64,000 nucleotides of DNA from Halorutilales archaeon Cl-col2-1 (GCA_041891055.1 CP169074.1:384001-448000); one strand, 5' to 3'; shown: positions 20,795-31,388, numbered from the stretch's first letter. Program-made: numbers and translations. The notes: generated from the letters alone by a model not told the origin.

Positions 20795-21922
20795 TTATAT
20801 CCTGTCGAGCACGGCATCGATGTCGTCGGCGTTGTTGAAGGCGTGTACCGAGACTCTGACGCAGTGGGGATCTGGTATGCTCCTAATCTCGACCGAGTCG
20901 TCTGAGAGACTCTCGACGAGTCCCTCCGGGTCGTCCGCCTCGAAGGAGACGAGACCCGACTCATACTCTCTCGGGCTTATGAGACGTTCTTCGTCTATGC
21001 CGTTCTTGAGGCGGTCGGTGAGACGCCGAATCTCTTCCTCGACCTCGCTGAGACCGATCTCCTCGAATGTCTTTACCGCCTCGGCGAAGCCGGCGTAGGT
21101 AGCCGCGGGAAGCGTAGCGATCTCGAACCGTCTCGCGCCGTCCTCGTACTCGAAATCGTCGTCGTTGGGATTCTTGACGCCTCTGTACCCGACACGGCTC
21201 GATCTCGTTCCTTCCACGACTTCCGAGTCGGCGTAGAGGAATCCCGCACCCCAGGGTCCGAGGAGCCATTTGTGTCCGGTTCCCGCGACGAAGTCGGCTC
21301 CCCAGTCCTTGACGTCAACATCGACCTGTCCCGGCGACTGGGCGGCGTCGACGAGAACCTTCGCTCCGGCGTCGTGAGCGATACCGACTGCGTCCTCAAC
21401 ATCGAGACGTGTCCCGTAGTTCCATGAGATAGAGCTGAGACAGACGAGCTTAGCATCCTCGACGGCGTCCTTGAAGGCGTCCCTGTCGTCCTCGTCGCGC
21501 ACGAGGTAGCCGTCGGTCGTCGCGGCGACCTTGACATCTATTCCGTATAAGTCGCGGAGACGTTTCCACGGGAGTATGCCCGACGAGTGTTCGAGGTCAG
21601 TAGTGACAGCCTTGTCGCCCTCTTCCCAGTCGAGTGCCTCGGCGACTATGTTTATCCCCTCAGTCGTCGACTGTGTGAGACAGATCTCGCTCTCATCGGC
21701 GTCTGCGTTTACAAGGCTCGCTACGGAGTTGCGCGTCTCGGCGAGGACGTCGGCTGCGGAGGTATACATCCCCTCACGTGCCGGAGAGTCGTACTCGTGG
21801 TACTCGAGGAACTCCTCTCCGGCTTCGACGACGCGCCGTGGCGAGGGTCCACTCGCCCCTGTGTTGAGGTAGACGCAGTCGTCGAGAGCAGGCATGTCGC
21901 GTCTGAGGTCTTCGGTGTCCAT
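20795..21922 (-). CDS. class V PLP enzyme (cysteine desulfurase-like)
   Basis: YLNTGASGP, EHSS, DAAQ, GHKWLLGPWG, RVSVH; catalytic Cys loop not evident. Confidence 0.85.
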   Translation of the reverse strand: MDTEDLRRDMPALDDCVYLNTGASGPSPRRVVEAGEEFLEYHEYDSPAREGMYTSAADVLAETRNSVASLVNADADESEICLTQSTTEGINIVAEALDWEEGDKAVTTDLEHSSGILPWKRLRDLYGIDVKVAATTDGYLVRDEDDRDAFKDAVEDAKLVCLSSISWNYGTRLDVEDAVGIAHDAGAKVLVDAAQSPGQVDVDVKDWGADFVAGTGHKWLLGPWGAGFLYADSEVVEGTRSSRVGYRGVKNPNDDDFEYEDGARRFEIATLPAATYAGFAEAVKTFEEIGLSEVEEEIRRLTDRLKNGIDEERLISPREYESGLVSFEADDPEGLVESLSDDSVEIRSIPDPHCVRVSVHAFNNADDIDAVLDRI

Positions 21923-21949
21923 CTTACTCGATAGAGGTTCTGTGAGATG

Positions 21950-22918
21950 TTAAAACAGATGGTCGTCGACCGTCCTAGCGCTCCCACCGACCTTCCAGAT
22001 CCGTGACTCGACCCCGAGGGCTTCGACTTCCTCAGCGACCCTGTCGGCGTGTTCCTTAGTCGTGTTGAGGTAGGCGGTTGCTCCGGTGTCGGTCGAGAAG
22101 TAGACGGGCACGCCGTCGTCTCTCAGGTCGCGCGCGAGTTCGAGGAGTTCGAGTGTCTCGGGCTGCCAGTAGATCCAGTTCTCGGGTCCCGTCATAGTGA
22201 CCGCGAGTAGCGAGAGTGAGTCGCTCTCGGCTGAGGAGAAGGTCTCGTCGAAGTCGCCGTCACGTAAGGACTTCCGCATCTCGGCGACCGCACCGTGTAT
22301 GTACGCGAGACGGCTCTCGAAGAGATGCGACTCCGCCGCCTCGTCGTGTGCGCGCGCTGTGTGTTTGAACTCGGGGACGAGTCCGACGACTATCCTGAGG
22401 TCATCCTCGTCGAACCCCGTCTGAATACGTTCGGACGCACACTCTTCGTCGACCATGCTCGTCCGGAGATGTGAGAAGCCTCCCGTTACGCTCCTCGTCG
22501 CAGAAGTCGCCCCACGTCGTGCTATAGCGGATATCTCCTCTAAGCTTAGGTCGAGACCCGCCGCCCTCACCGCGGCGACCGAGAGCGCGCCGAAGCCCGA
22601 CGACGACGCGCCTAAGCCGACGTTTGACGGGAATGTGTTCTCCGACTCAACCCTCGCCCCCGAACTGACGTCGGATATCTCGCGCACCTTGTCGAGTATC
22701 TTAGATGCTCTCTCATACCCCGAGTCGTCTATCTCTTCTCCGTCGACTATCACGGTGTCGTCGTCGTGTCCGAACTCGACTGTCGTCTTGGTCGAGGACG
22801 GCGCTGTGCATACCGAGATCGAGTCGTGGTACGGGATACGGAGTTCGTCGTCGCGCAGACCGTGGTACTTGATAAGACCCTGTATCGGATGGGCTATCGC
22901 GGTCGCCTTTCTCGTCAT
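21950..22918 (-). CDS. mvaD: phosphomevalonate decarboxylase (haloarchaeal mevalonate pathway)
   Basis: AHPIQGLIKYHG, GLGASSSG GHMP motif, STDTGAT. Confidence 0.9.
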   Translation of the reverse strand: MTRKATAIAHPIQGLIKYHGLRDDELRIPYHDSISVCTAPSSTKTTVEFGHDDDTVIVDGEEIDDSGYERASKILDKVREISDVSSGARVESENTFPSNVGLGASSSGFGALSVAAVRAAGLDLSLEEISAIARRGATSATRSVTGGFSHLRTSMVDEECASERIQTGFDEDDLRIVVGLVPEFKHTARAHDEAAESHLFESRLAYIHGAVAEMRKSLRDGDFDETFSSAESDSLSLLAVTMTGPENWIYWQPETLELLELARDLRDDGVPVYFSTDTGATAYLNTTKEHADRVAEEVEALGVESRIWKVGGSARTVDDHLF

Positions 22919-23325
22919 GTCTCAAATCCCTCCCTGACGTTCGCAAATCGAAGATTTGCGTGCACACGAGAATGAACTCTCGTGACCATCTCGAAAGTAT
23001 TCTGATTTTCGCTCATACTATACTCTGTTCGGGGTGGACTCAAATATAGTTCGGTCAGTCCGGAGCATAACTCAGAAGTCAGAGCACACAGACTAACATA
23101 TGGAGCCTCTCGAGAGCTGTGCCCGACGAGACGAAGTCGAAGAAGCCGGAGTGCGTAAGTACGATGGATTCGGCGTCTCCGAACAAAGAGAATTGGAGGC
23201 TCTCGACACCGCGCTGATAAGCATCAGTATTACACCCAATGATGTGGCTGAGAGGGTCAACGTCTTACGTACACGGGATATTTAGACGAAGCTTCAAGTC
23301 GTTAGACCGAGACGTCTGACCCACT

Positions 23326-24546
23326 ATGCGTGGCGAAGACGAGCCTGGGCTCAGACGTGAGATAGGACTCTTCGAGGCGACAGTCTACGGAGTGGGTCTG
23401 ATACTCGGAGCGGGTATATACGCTGTTCTCGGAGAGGCTACGGGGGTCACGGGCGAGTCGGTCGTCGTGTCTTTCTTGATCGCCGCCGTGATAGCCTCAC
23501 TCACCGGACTCAGCTACGCCGAACTCTGTTCCCTTTACCCTAAGGAGGAGGCAGACTACATCTACGTCCGAGAGGCTTTCGGAAGCAAGAAGCTCTCCGA
23601 AGCCACGGCTGTTCTGCGTCTCCTCGTGGGTGTCATATCCGCGGCTGCTGTCGCACTCGCCTTCGCGGGCTACTTCTCGTCTTTCGTCGACATACCCCGG
23701 ATTCCGGTGGCTGTCTCGGTCGTCGCGGCGACTGCTTACGTCAACTACCGAGGCATACAGCTTTCGTCTAAGCTCAACCTGATCTTCACCTCGGTCGAGG
23801 TCGCAGGGCTCATCTTCGTAGTCTGGATAGGTAGGTCGACGTGGGGAGACGTCGATCCCCTACAGATGACCAACGGGAGCGTAGGTGTTCTCAAGTCGGC
23901 TTTTCTGATATTCTTCGCTTACATCGGCTTCGGTTCGATAGTCAGCATCTCTGAGGAGTCGAAGGACGCTACTGACACGATACCCAAAGCCATACTCGCC
24001 TCTATAGGTATCACGACAGTCCTCTATGTCCTCGTAGGCTTGTCGGCGGTGGGAGTCGTCGACTCACAGCTTCTCGGAGCCTCTGACTCGCCATTAGCAG
24101 TCGTCGCAAACCAGGGATGGGGGCCTGCCGCCTTCACGGTCATCTCCGTAATCGCCCTCTTCTCGACTATGAACACCGTCATGATACTCCAGATATCGAC
24201 GTCACGTCTCCTCTATGGGGTCTCCAAGAAGGAGTACGACTCTTTCCCCGAGGTCTTCTCGAAGGTACACGAAGACACCAGGACGCCGTATGTCTCCGTC
24301 TGGTCCGTCGGTGTTATGACTGCCGCTTTCACGGTCTTGGGAGACATAGGCATCGTAGCAGGTCTCGCCAACCTCTTCCTCCTCATCGTATTCATCCTCA
24401 TCAACCTCTCACTCCTGAGTCTGAGGTACAGACGTCCAGACATCGATCGGGGTTTCAGAGCGCCTCTTAACATAGGAAGACTGTCAGTCACAGCTCTCGG
24501 AGGCGTCGTCTCATGTATACTACTCATACTCTTTTACCTCGTCTGA
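23326..24546 (+). CDS. APC-family amino-acid permease
   Basis: GLILGAGIY, SYAEL, FFAYIGF, SRLLY, RTP. Confidence 0.9.
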   Translation: MRGEDEPGLRREIGLFEATVYGVGLILGAGIYAVLGEATGVTGESVVVSFLIAAVIASLTGLSYAELCSLYPKEEADYIYVREAFGSKKLSEATAVLRLLVGVISAAAVALAFAGYFSSFVDIPRIPVAVSVVAATAYVNYRGIQLSSKLNLIFTSVEVAGLIFVVWIGRSTWGDVDPLQMTNGSVGVLKSAFLIFFAYIGFGSIVSISEESKDATDTIPKAILASIGITTVLYVLVGLSAVGVVDSQLLGASDSPLAVVANQGWGPAAFTVISVIALFSTMNTVMILQISTSRLLYGVSKKEYDSFPEVFSKVHEDTRTPYVSVWSVGVMTAAFTVLGDIGIVAGLANLFLLIVFILINLSLLSLRYRRPDIDRGFRAPLNIGRLSVTALGGVVSCILLILFYLV

Positions 24547-24609
24547 GTGGGATTAGAGGCTCATACCAGAGAGTACAAGGCTGTTGTGTTGCTATAAATA
24601 CTAAACCAA

Positions 24610-26532
24610 ATGACGAGGACGAAGGTCTGGATAGCTCTGAGTCTACTTCTTCTGAGTCTGTCCCTCGGTGTCTTTGCCGTCGACAGTTCGGGAGGCAGTC
24701 CCGACCCCGTGAGGTTCGGGGAGACTGTTAAGTCGGGTATAAGCCACGCTCAGACTATCACTGCGAACTCACAGGGCCTCACGGCACCCAAGGCAGAGGT
24801 TTTCTACTCACAGTACGAGTACGTCGTCGGGTATAGAGGTCTTTCGTCGCTCGTCGAGACGCTCAACAGCGACGGACACACGATGCGTTTCGGAAAGCCC
24901 CTTGCAGTCTACGTCACCGCCTTCGACGGCACCGACGTCGAGCCTTCGAACACATCAGGATTCGTCAGAAAGGACAGTTCGTCGTACACCGACTGGGTCA
25001 GAGCGTCTGAGGCTTGGTTCGTACTGACTCAGCCCACGACAGTCGTACCGTTCTCGTCGGAGTCGGCGGCACGTTCGTACGCCGACGAGCACAACGGTGA
25101 GGTCACCGACTGGGACGGTCTCGTCTCGGAGCGAATGTACGCCCGGGGTCACGACGAACAGACCTCTACCACCGAGGCTATGAGGCAGAAGGAAGAGACA
25201 ATGGAGGAAGAAGCCGACTCTCTTGAGTCACGCGCTCTGTCCCTCCTCGACAGGGAGGTATCAGTGACAGTCGAAAACGCCACCTCGGAAGCGTTACGCA
25301 GAGCCGTGGAACGCGCGCCTCCGAGGACGTCTGTAAGGCTCACTGAGGGTACTTACGTCATCAACGAGACCCTAAACGTCACTAAGCCAGTAAGCCTCGT
25401 CGGAGAGGGCGACTCGACGCATCTCAAAGGTGATGGAGACGGAACCGTCGTCCGTCTCTCGTCTCCTGAGTCAGCCGTGTCGTCAGTCAGGATCACGGGC
25501 GTCGGAAACGCGACGAGACAGACTGACAAGTACGGAGGCGTCGGTGAAGGGGACAACTGGGACTCCGAGATAGAGAGGACGTACGGAAGCGGTGACGCCG
25601 GAGTCGCAGTCATAAGAGCCAACTCGTCTCTCGTCCACGACGTCAACATAACCTCACCCGCAAACGGGGTTCTCGTCCGTGACTCACCTGACTCCGTGGT
25701 CACCCACTCAGTAGTACGGGGCGCGGAGAGATCCTCCGACGGCTTCATGGGCGTGATGGTGATGAGGTCGCCGATGCTGATACAGAACTCGACACTCCTC
25801 GACGGACGTGACGCAGTCTACTCCCACCGTTCCGACGGCCTCGCTATACGGAACAGCTTCATAGACCCGGGACGTTTCGGTGTTCATCTGATGTTCACCT
25901 CTGACACCTACATAGCCAACAACACCGTAAGGGACGCTTACTCCGGGATAGTTGTAATGACACGTCCCGTCGGCAACGTCGTAGTCGGAAACGACGTCCG
26001 TGAGTCGAGAAGCGGTATCGTGACTGCGGGAGGTGACACCTACGTCGCGCGCAACGTCCTCGTCGACAACTCTTACGGTCTCAAGATAGGCACACGCACT
26101 TCAGTCTACGAGAAAAACGTCATGGTCGAGAACGGTGTCGGGGCGAGGGCGTCAGGGATAATAGCCTCCAACCGCGTCGTCTCGAACGACTTCGTGGACA
26201 ATGACAGGTCTGCGACGTCACTCTACGGATCCCTCAGGATCTGGTCGTCGGACGGGATCGGCAACTACTGGAGCCGGAACGTAGACCTCGGGTCGGAGTC
26301 TGGGTCGGAGTCCGAAAGCTACCGTCCGACGGGCGTCGTCGAGTCCGATCTGCGTAAGCCGGGATACGTAACCCTGTCGGAGTCACCCGCTCTCAAGGGT
26401 CTGAGATCGCTCGAAGGAACCGTACCCGGAATGAGAGCCGAGGGGATAGTCGACCAGAGTCCGTCGGAGAGCCGTATAAACAGACGTCTCGTAAAACAAG
26501 CCAAGAACGATCAGACGAAATATGCCAAGTAA
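24610..26532 (+). CDS. nosD: secreted NosD-like beta-helix protein with N-terminal NosL-like domain
   Basis: signal peptide; VYVTAF/WVRASEAWFV/PFSSESAARSYADEHNG; beta-helix with RFGVHLMF and GNYWS. Confidence 0.75.
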   Translation: MTRTKVWIALSLLLLSLSLGVFAVDSSGGSPDPVRFGETVKSGISHAQTITANSQGLTAPKAEVFYSQYEYVVGYRGLSSLVETLNSDGHTMRFGKPLAVYVTAFDGTDVEPSNTSGFVRKDSSSYTDWVRASEAWFVLTQPTTVVPFSSESAARSYADEHNGEVTDWDGLVSERMYARGHDEQTSTTEAMRQKEETMEEEADSLESRALSLLDREVSVTVENATSEALRRAVERAPPRTSVRLTEGTYVINETLNVTKPVSLVGEGDSTHLKGDGDGTVVRLSSPESAVSSVRITGVGNATRQTDKYGGVGEGDNWDSEIERTYGSGDAGVAVIRANSSLVHDVNITSPANGVLVRDSPDSVVTHSVVRGAERSSDGFMGVMVMRSPMLIQNSTLLDGRDAVYSHRSDGLAIRNSFIDPGRFGVHLMFTSDTYIANNTVRDAYSGIVVMTRPVGNVVVGNDVRESRSGIVTAGGDTYVARNVLVDNSYGLKIGTRTSVYEKNVMVENGVGARASGIIASNRVVSNDFVDNDRSATSLYGSLRIWSSDGIGNYWSRNVDLGSESGSESESYRPTGVVESDLRKPGYVTLSESPALKGLRSLEGTVPGMRAEGIVDQSPSESRINRRLVKQAKNDQTKYAK

Positions 26533-27328
26533 CTCAGATTCACAGACACGAAGTACATACGGCTCCGAGGTCGCGAAGCGTGGGGCTGTAGTAGAGGCTG
26601 AGGATATCAGTCACTCTTACGGAGACACACGTGTCCTTGACTCAGTCTCGTTCAGTCTCGTGGAGGGAAGTCTCAACGGTGTCGTGGGACCCAACGGAAG
26701 CGGGAAGTCGACTCTCGTACGTATACTCACGGGTCTGCTTGAAGCCACGGACGGAGAAGTGACGGTTCACGGAGAAAGAGACGACGGCAGACAGGTCGGA
26801 TACCTGCCTCAGAAAGCCGAGTACAGGTCTGCTTTCACCGTGAAAGAGACACTCGAATTCTACTCCCGACTCGTCGGAGACTCGTCTCAGTCGACCGAGG
26901 AGGCACTCGAACTCGTGGGTCTTAGCGGCGCAGCCGACACGGACGTCGACGGTCTCTCTGGTGGGATGTTACGTCTCCTTGGAATCGCACAGGCGACTAT
27001 AGGCGACCCTTCCGTGATCTTCCTCGACGAGCCTACGAGCGGTCTCGATCCCACGATGTCATACCGTATATTCGAGGTTCTGCGTGACCTCGCCGACAGA
27101 GGGACTACCGTCGTCGTCACTTCACACGACCTCACTCTCATAGAGACAAACGTCGACAGGCTTCTCTTACTCGACGAGGGTAGGCTACAGTTAGACGGCT
27201 CCCCCGAAGAAGTTGTGGAGAGCGAGGGTTACGGTAGCCTCGCGGAGCTCTTCGCTGACATGGTCGAGGAGAAGGAAGGAACCACCGTGAGACACGGACA
27301 CCGAAACGGAGACGGGGGTGAGGCGTGA
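26522..27328 (+). CDS. nosF: ABC ATPase, NosF-like
   Basis: GPNGSGKS, LSGGM, LDEPTSGLD, SHD. Confidence 0.8.
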   Translation: MPSNSDSQTRSTYGSEVAKRGAVVEAEDISHSYGDTRVLDSVSFSLVEGSLNGVVGPNGSGKSTLVRILTGLLEATDGEVTVHGERDDGRQVGYLPQKAEYRSAFTVKETLEFYSRLVGDSSQSTEEALELVGLSGAADTDVDGLSGGMLRLLGIAQATIGDPSVIFLDEPTSGLDPTMSYRIFEVLRDLADRGTTVVVTSHDLTLIETNVDRLLLLDEGRLQLDGSPEEVVESEGYGSLAELFADMVEEKEGTTVRHGHRNGDGGEA

Positions 27329-28158
27329 TGTCTCTCTCCGAGACGGTCTCAAGGACACGTACAGTCGCAGAACGGGAGATAGACACTGTCGTTAGGACAC
27401 GTGTCTACCTCGGTCTGATACTCGGCTTCGCGGGAGTCGTCACGGCGATAAGCTGGATCGGAGGCGGTGCGAAGAGCGGTTTCGTCCCAACAGTCGTCGA
27501 CCTCCTCACCCCTGTCGAGGTCATAGTCCCGGTTCTCGGCTTCGCCTTCGGTTACAGAACCGTGCTAGGCGACAGACGCAGAGGAGAGCTCGATCTCCTG
27601 TCGACCTATCCCATCGACCGACTTCCGTACATCGTCGGTGTCTTCGTGGGACGTGGAGTCGTACTCGCCGTCGGCACCGTCCTATCACTACTTCCCGCGG
27701 CGGTTCTCGCTTATCTCGTCTCGTCACCCGAGTCGGCTATATTCGCGTCCCACTCGGGAGCCGACTCGGTCGTACTCTACCTCAGATTCGTCGCGGTAAC
27801 CACGGCTTTCTCTCTCGTCGTCCTATCAGCCGCGATAGCCGTCTCGGCGGTCGCTAACACAGTGCGCGGGGCTGTCGTCCTCGTCGTTATACTCTTAGTC
27901 GTTCTCGTAGCCGGACTCGACCTCGGGGTTCTCGGTCTCCTAGGTCAGGGAGTCGTCTCTGAGGACGCACTCACACAGGTCTTAGCCGTGAGTCCCAACA
28001 GCGCTTACAGGGGACTTGTCCTCGAAACAGTCGTAAGCGCGGCGATGGGTGCGGAGTCGTGGAACGCCGCGTCGCCTGTTGCGAGTCTCGTGGGTTTAGT
28101 CGCCTGGCTAGTCGTGAGCCTAGGGATCGCGGTTCTTAACACTCCGAAGAGTCGGTGA
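27325..28158 (+). CDS. nosY: ABC-2 permease, NosY-like
   Basis: GDRRRGELDLLSTYP, SPNSAYRGLV, about six TM. Confidence 0.78.
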   Translation: MMSLSETVSRTRTVAEREIDTVVRTRVYLGLILGFAGVVTAISWIGGGAKSGFVPTVVDLLTPVEVIVPVLGFAFGYRTVLGDRRRGELDLLSTYPIDRLPYIVGVFVGRGVVLAVGTVLSLLPAAVLAYLVSSPESAIFASHSGADSVVLYLRFVAVTTAFSLVVLSAAIAVSAVANTVRGAVVLVVILLVVLVAGLDLGVLGLLGQGVVSEDALTQVLAVSPNSAYRGLVLETVVSAAMGAESWNAASPVASLVGLVAWLVVSLGIAVLNTPKSR

Positions 28159-28227
28159 GTTGCTTCGTTTCGGATCTTAGACCATCGTATGGAACCCCAT
28201 ATATATGACGAGCGACTAAGCCGAGGC

Positions 28228-29172
28228 ATGGAAACGACACAGGTACTCGGGCTTCTCTCAGAGGACGATCCGGTCTCGGGGAAGGAGATTGCGGATGAGT
28301 TCGGGGTCTCACGTAACGCAGTCTGGAAACACATAGAACGTCTCAGGGACGCGGGCTTCGAGATAGACAGCGACCCAAAGGGGTATGTCCTGACGTCACC
28401 GGCGGAGTACGGCGACTTCGGTCTCTCGTACCACCTCAACTCCGAGACTATCGGCACCGAGATAGAGTACCGTGATGAGGTACCTTCTACGAACTCCGTC
28501 GCGTCCCAACTCGCACGTGACGGGGCTCCCGAGGGTACCGTGGTGCTCGCCGACGTACAGAGACAGGGCAAGGGAAGACGCGGCCGTGAGTGGACGAGCC
28601 CCTCCGGCGGCGTCTGGATGAGTACGGTTCTGCGTCCCGAGATACCCCCGAGGTCGGCGTCTGTGATAACTGTCGCGGCGTCGGTCGCAGTCGCGCGTGG
28701 GCTCGAAGAAGCCGGAGTTGGGCCGCGTATAAAATGGCCCAACGACGTCCTTGTCGACGGGAAGAAAATCTGTGGTATACTCGTCGAGATACAGGCTGAC
28801 GCCGAGTCGCTCGAACACGCAGTCGTCGGCATAGGCATAAACGCAAACGTCGATATCGAAGATGACGACTGGAACGCGACCTCTGTAAAGGACGAGGTCG
28901 GACACGAGGTCAACAGGGCTGAGCTCGCGGCGTCGGTTCTCGAAGAGCTTGAAGACCTCTACTCTCTCGCGTCCGACGACGGTGACAGGAAGATGGTCTT
29001 CGAGGAGTGGAAGGAGTACTCCGACACTATCGGAAGAGAGGTTCGTGTAGAGACACCAACCGAGACGATCGAGGGTGAGGCAGTCGGTGTCGACGACACA
29101 GGGGCTCTGCGCGTAGAAACGTCCGACGGCGAGAGAGTCGTTACTGCGGGCGACTGCGAACATCTCCGTTAA
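28228..29172 (+). CDS. birA: bifunctional biotin-protein ligase/repressor
   Basis: HTH VSRNAVWKHI, STN, GKGRRGREW, KWPND, KICGIL. Confidence 0.93.
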   Translation: METTQVLGLLSEDDPVSGKEIADEFGVSRNAVWKHIERLRDAGFEIDSDPKGYVLTSPAEYGDFGLSYHLNSETIGTEIEYRDEVPSTNSVASQLARDGAPEGTVVLADVQRQGKGRRGREWTSPSGGVWMSTVLRPEIPPRSASVITVAASVAVARGLEEAGVGPRIKWPNDVLVDGKKICGILVEIQADAESLEHAVVGIGINANVDIEDDDWNATSVKDEVGHEVNRAELAASVLEELEDLYSLASDDGDRKMVFEEWKEYSDTIGREVRVETPTETIEGEAVGVDDTGALRVETSDGERVVTAGDCEHLR

Positions 29173-29202
29173 TATGATGCTACTGTGACCCCAAGACAGG
29201 TC

Positions 29203-30084
29203 ATGGGAGACAGTGACAGTACGAAAACGAAAGCCGAAACTCTGCGAGAGAGTATAGAGTCGGATGGGATAGCCGTGATGCCGGGGGCGTTCGACGCCCT
29301 GTCGGCGAAGCTAGTCGAGAGAGCGGGCTTCGAGACTGTCTTCACGACGGGATTTGGAATCTCGGCGTCGGCGCTTGGCTTTCCCGATCTCGGTCTGATG
29401 ACGGCGTCGGAGAACATAGAGAGAGCTCAAAGGATAAACGACTCTGTCGGTATACCCCTCGTCGCAGACATGGACACGGGATACGGTAACGTACTCAACG
29501 TCAGGAGAACCGTCGGAGACTGCATAGACGCCGGGATCGCGGGAGTCATACTTGAGGATCAGGAGTGGCCTAAGAGATGTGGACATATGGAGGAGAAGTC
29601 TGTTGTGACGAGATCGGAACACGCCCGCAGGATAGAGGCGGCGGCGGACATACGTGACGAGAAGGAGGAGGACATCGTGATTATAGCACGTACTGACGCG
29701 AGGGAGACACACGGTCTCGACGAGGCTATACAGAGGGGAGAGGAGTACTACGAGGCAGGTGCGGATGTCGTCTTCGTCGAAGCTCCCGAGTCGGAGTACG
29801 AACTCGAACGCGTAGCCGAGATCGAAGCGCCGACACTCGCAAACATGATAGAAGGAGGCAAGACGCCCTTCCTGAGCTACGATGAACTTGAGGAGATCGG
29901 CTTCGAGATGGTCGTCTATCCTCTGTCGTCGCTCTTCACGATGACACGTGCGGTCGAAGACGCATTAGAGACACTCAAGGAAGACGGAGAGACGACTGAC
30001 GTCGACACCGTCTCTTTCGACGAGTTCAAGGACGTCGTAGGCACTGAGGAGCACCACGAGACACGCAGACAGTACGGGGAGTGA
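29203..30084 (+). CDS. isocitrate lyase/PEP mutase family enzyme (methylisocitrate lyase-like)
   Basis: DMDTGYG, EDQ..PKRCGH, ARTD, NMIEGGKTP; alternative GTG start 29185. Confidence 0.85.
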   Translation: MGDSDSTKTKAETLRESIESDGIAVMPGAFDALSAKLVERAGFETVFTTGFGISASALGFPDLGLMTASENIERAQRINDSVGIPLVADMDTGYGNVLNVRRTVGDCIDAGIAGVILEDQEWPKRCGHMEEKSVVTRSEHARRIEAAADIRDEKEEDIVIIARTDARETHGLDEAIQRGEEYYEAGADVVFVEAPESEYELERVAEIEAPTLANMIEGGKTPFLSYDELEEIGFEMVVYPLSSLFTMTRAVEDALETLKEDGETTDVDTVSFDEFKDVVGTEEHHETRRQYGE

Positions 30085-30138
30085 ACCCGAAGCTAAGGAC
30101 AACCTATAAATCCGTCGAGTCCTCAGCTTAGTTTGGTA

Positions 30139-31119
30139 ATGAGAGACAGACTTGTCGAGGAAACGGTTAAGCTCCTTCGACAGACGGGGTTCGACGTCAG
30201 CGACACATGTAACATACGTCCGAAGAGCTTCGACGTCGTCGCCCGCCGTTCCTCGATAGCCGTACTCGTGAAGGTACTCTCGAACATCGACGGATTCGAC
30301 TCACACACGGCGTACGAGATGAAACGTCTCTCCGACCATCTAGACGCGTCGTCGCTCATAATAGGTGAGAGGACGCGTGACGACGAGATGGAGGAAAGCG
30401 TCGTCTACCTGAGACACGGTATACCCGCGGTCAGCCTCAAGACTGCGGACGACTTCTTCCGCCACGACCTTCCACCTCTCGTCTACATGGGTCCCGGCGG
30501 TCTGTATGTCAGTCTCAACGGAGATGTTCTCTCGGAGGTTAGGAAGTCGGAGGAGATGAGCCTCGGACAGGTCGCAAGAGAGGTGGGTGTGTCACGTCGG
30601 TCGGTCTCGAAGTATGAGGACGGCATGGACGCCACTATCGACGTAGCCCTCAAGCTTGAGGAGATCTTCGATGAGGAGCTAACATCTCCGATAGACATAC
30701 TCTCGATGGAGGAAGAGAGTGAAGACGAGACAGATGGTGCCGAGGACACCGACATAGATGAGGACGAGGTGGGAGAGAAGGAGAGGGTAGTCTTTGAGAG
30801 ACTCGACTCCGCGGGCTTCCGTGTCCTACCGACATCGAAAGCACCCTTCCGAGCGGTTTCAAGCACTCGAGAGAAAGACGACGACGAGACGACTATACTC
30901 ACGGGTATCAGCCGCTACTCGAAGACTATGGTCAAACGCGCGAAGCTGATGAGTAGCATCTCGGACGTCGCAGGGTCGTCTACTGAGAGTCTTTACGTCG
31001 TCGAGACATCCGAACGTGAGTCGATAGACGACACCGCCGTACTCGAACGTGAGGAGCTAGAGGAGATCAGGGGTTCGGACGAGCTCCTGGAGGACGTCTA
31101 CGAGAGAAAGACGGCGTGA
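30139..31119 (+). CDS. conserved archaeal XRE-HTH transcriptional regulator
   Basis: SFDVVARR, KVLSNID, VYLRHGIP, GPGGLYV, central HTH. Confidence 0.85.
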   Translation: MRDRLVEETVKLLRQTGFDVSDTCNIRPKSFDVVARRSSIAVLVKVLSNIDGFDSHTAYEMKRLSDHLDASSLIIGERTRDDEMEESVVYLRHGIPAVSLKTADDFFRHDLPPLVYMGPGGLYVSLNGDVLSEVRKSEEMSLGQVAREVGVSRRSVSKYEDGMDATIDVALKLEEIFDEELTSPIDILSMEEESEDETDGAEDTDIDEDEVGEKERVVFERLDSAGFRVLPTSKAPFRAVSSTREKDDDETTILTGISRYSKTMVKRAKLMSSISDVAGSSTESLYVVETSERESIDDTAVLEREELEEIRGSDELLEDVYERKTA

Positions 31120-31142
31120 GCTGAAGCCGATCCGTAATTACC

Positions 31143-31388
31143 TCACGCGTAACCGTAAGTCTCTTCGAGGTACTCGATTATCTCAGAGCTCTCGTTCATG
31201 CCGTCGACGCCGTGTTCTTCGTCGACTATCACCGGAACCTGTCTCTGACCCGAGATCTCCTCGACCTCGTCGCGTTCGGAGGTCTTCCACGAGACTTCGA
31301 CTGTCTCGTACTCCAAGCCGAGTTCGTCTAGCTTCTCGCGTACCTTGATACAGAACGGGCACGTCTCAAGCTGGTAGAGCTTTATCAT
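31143..31388 (-). CDS. glutaredoxin-like protein
   Basis: CPFC, QVPV, ESSEII. Confidence 0.9.
   Translation of the reverse strand: MIKLYQLETCPFCIKVREKLDELGLEYETVEVSWKTSERDEVEEISGQRQVPVIVDEEHGVDGMNESSEIIEYLEETYGYA

Noticed and set aside
23100-23285. 61-aa ORF upstream of the APC permease
   Set aside because: No motif or clear translation signal; may be a remnant or spurious
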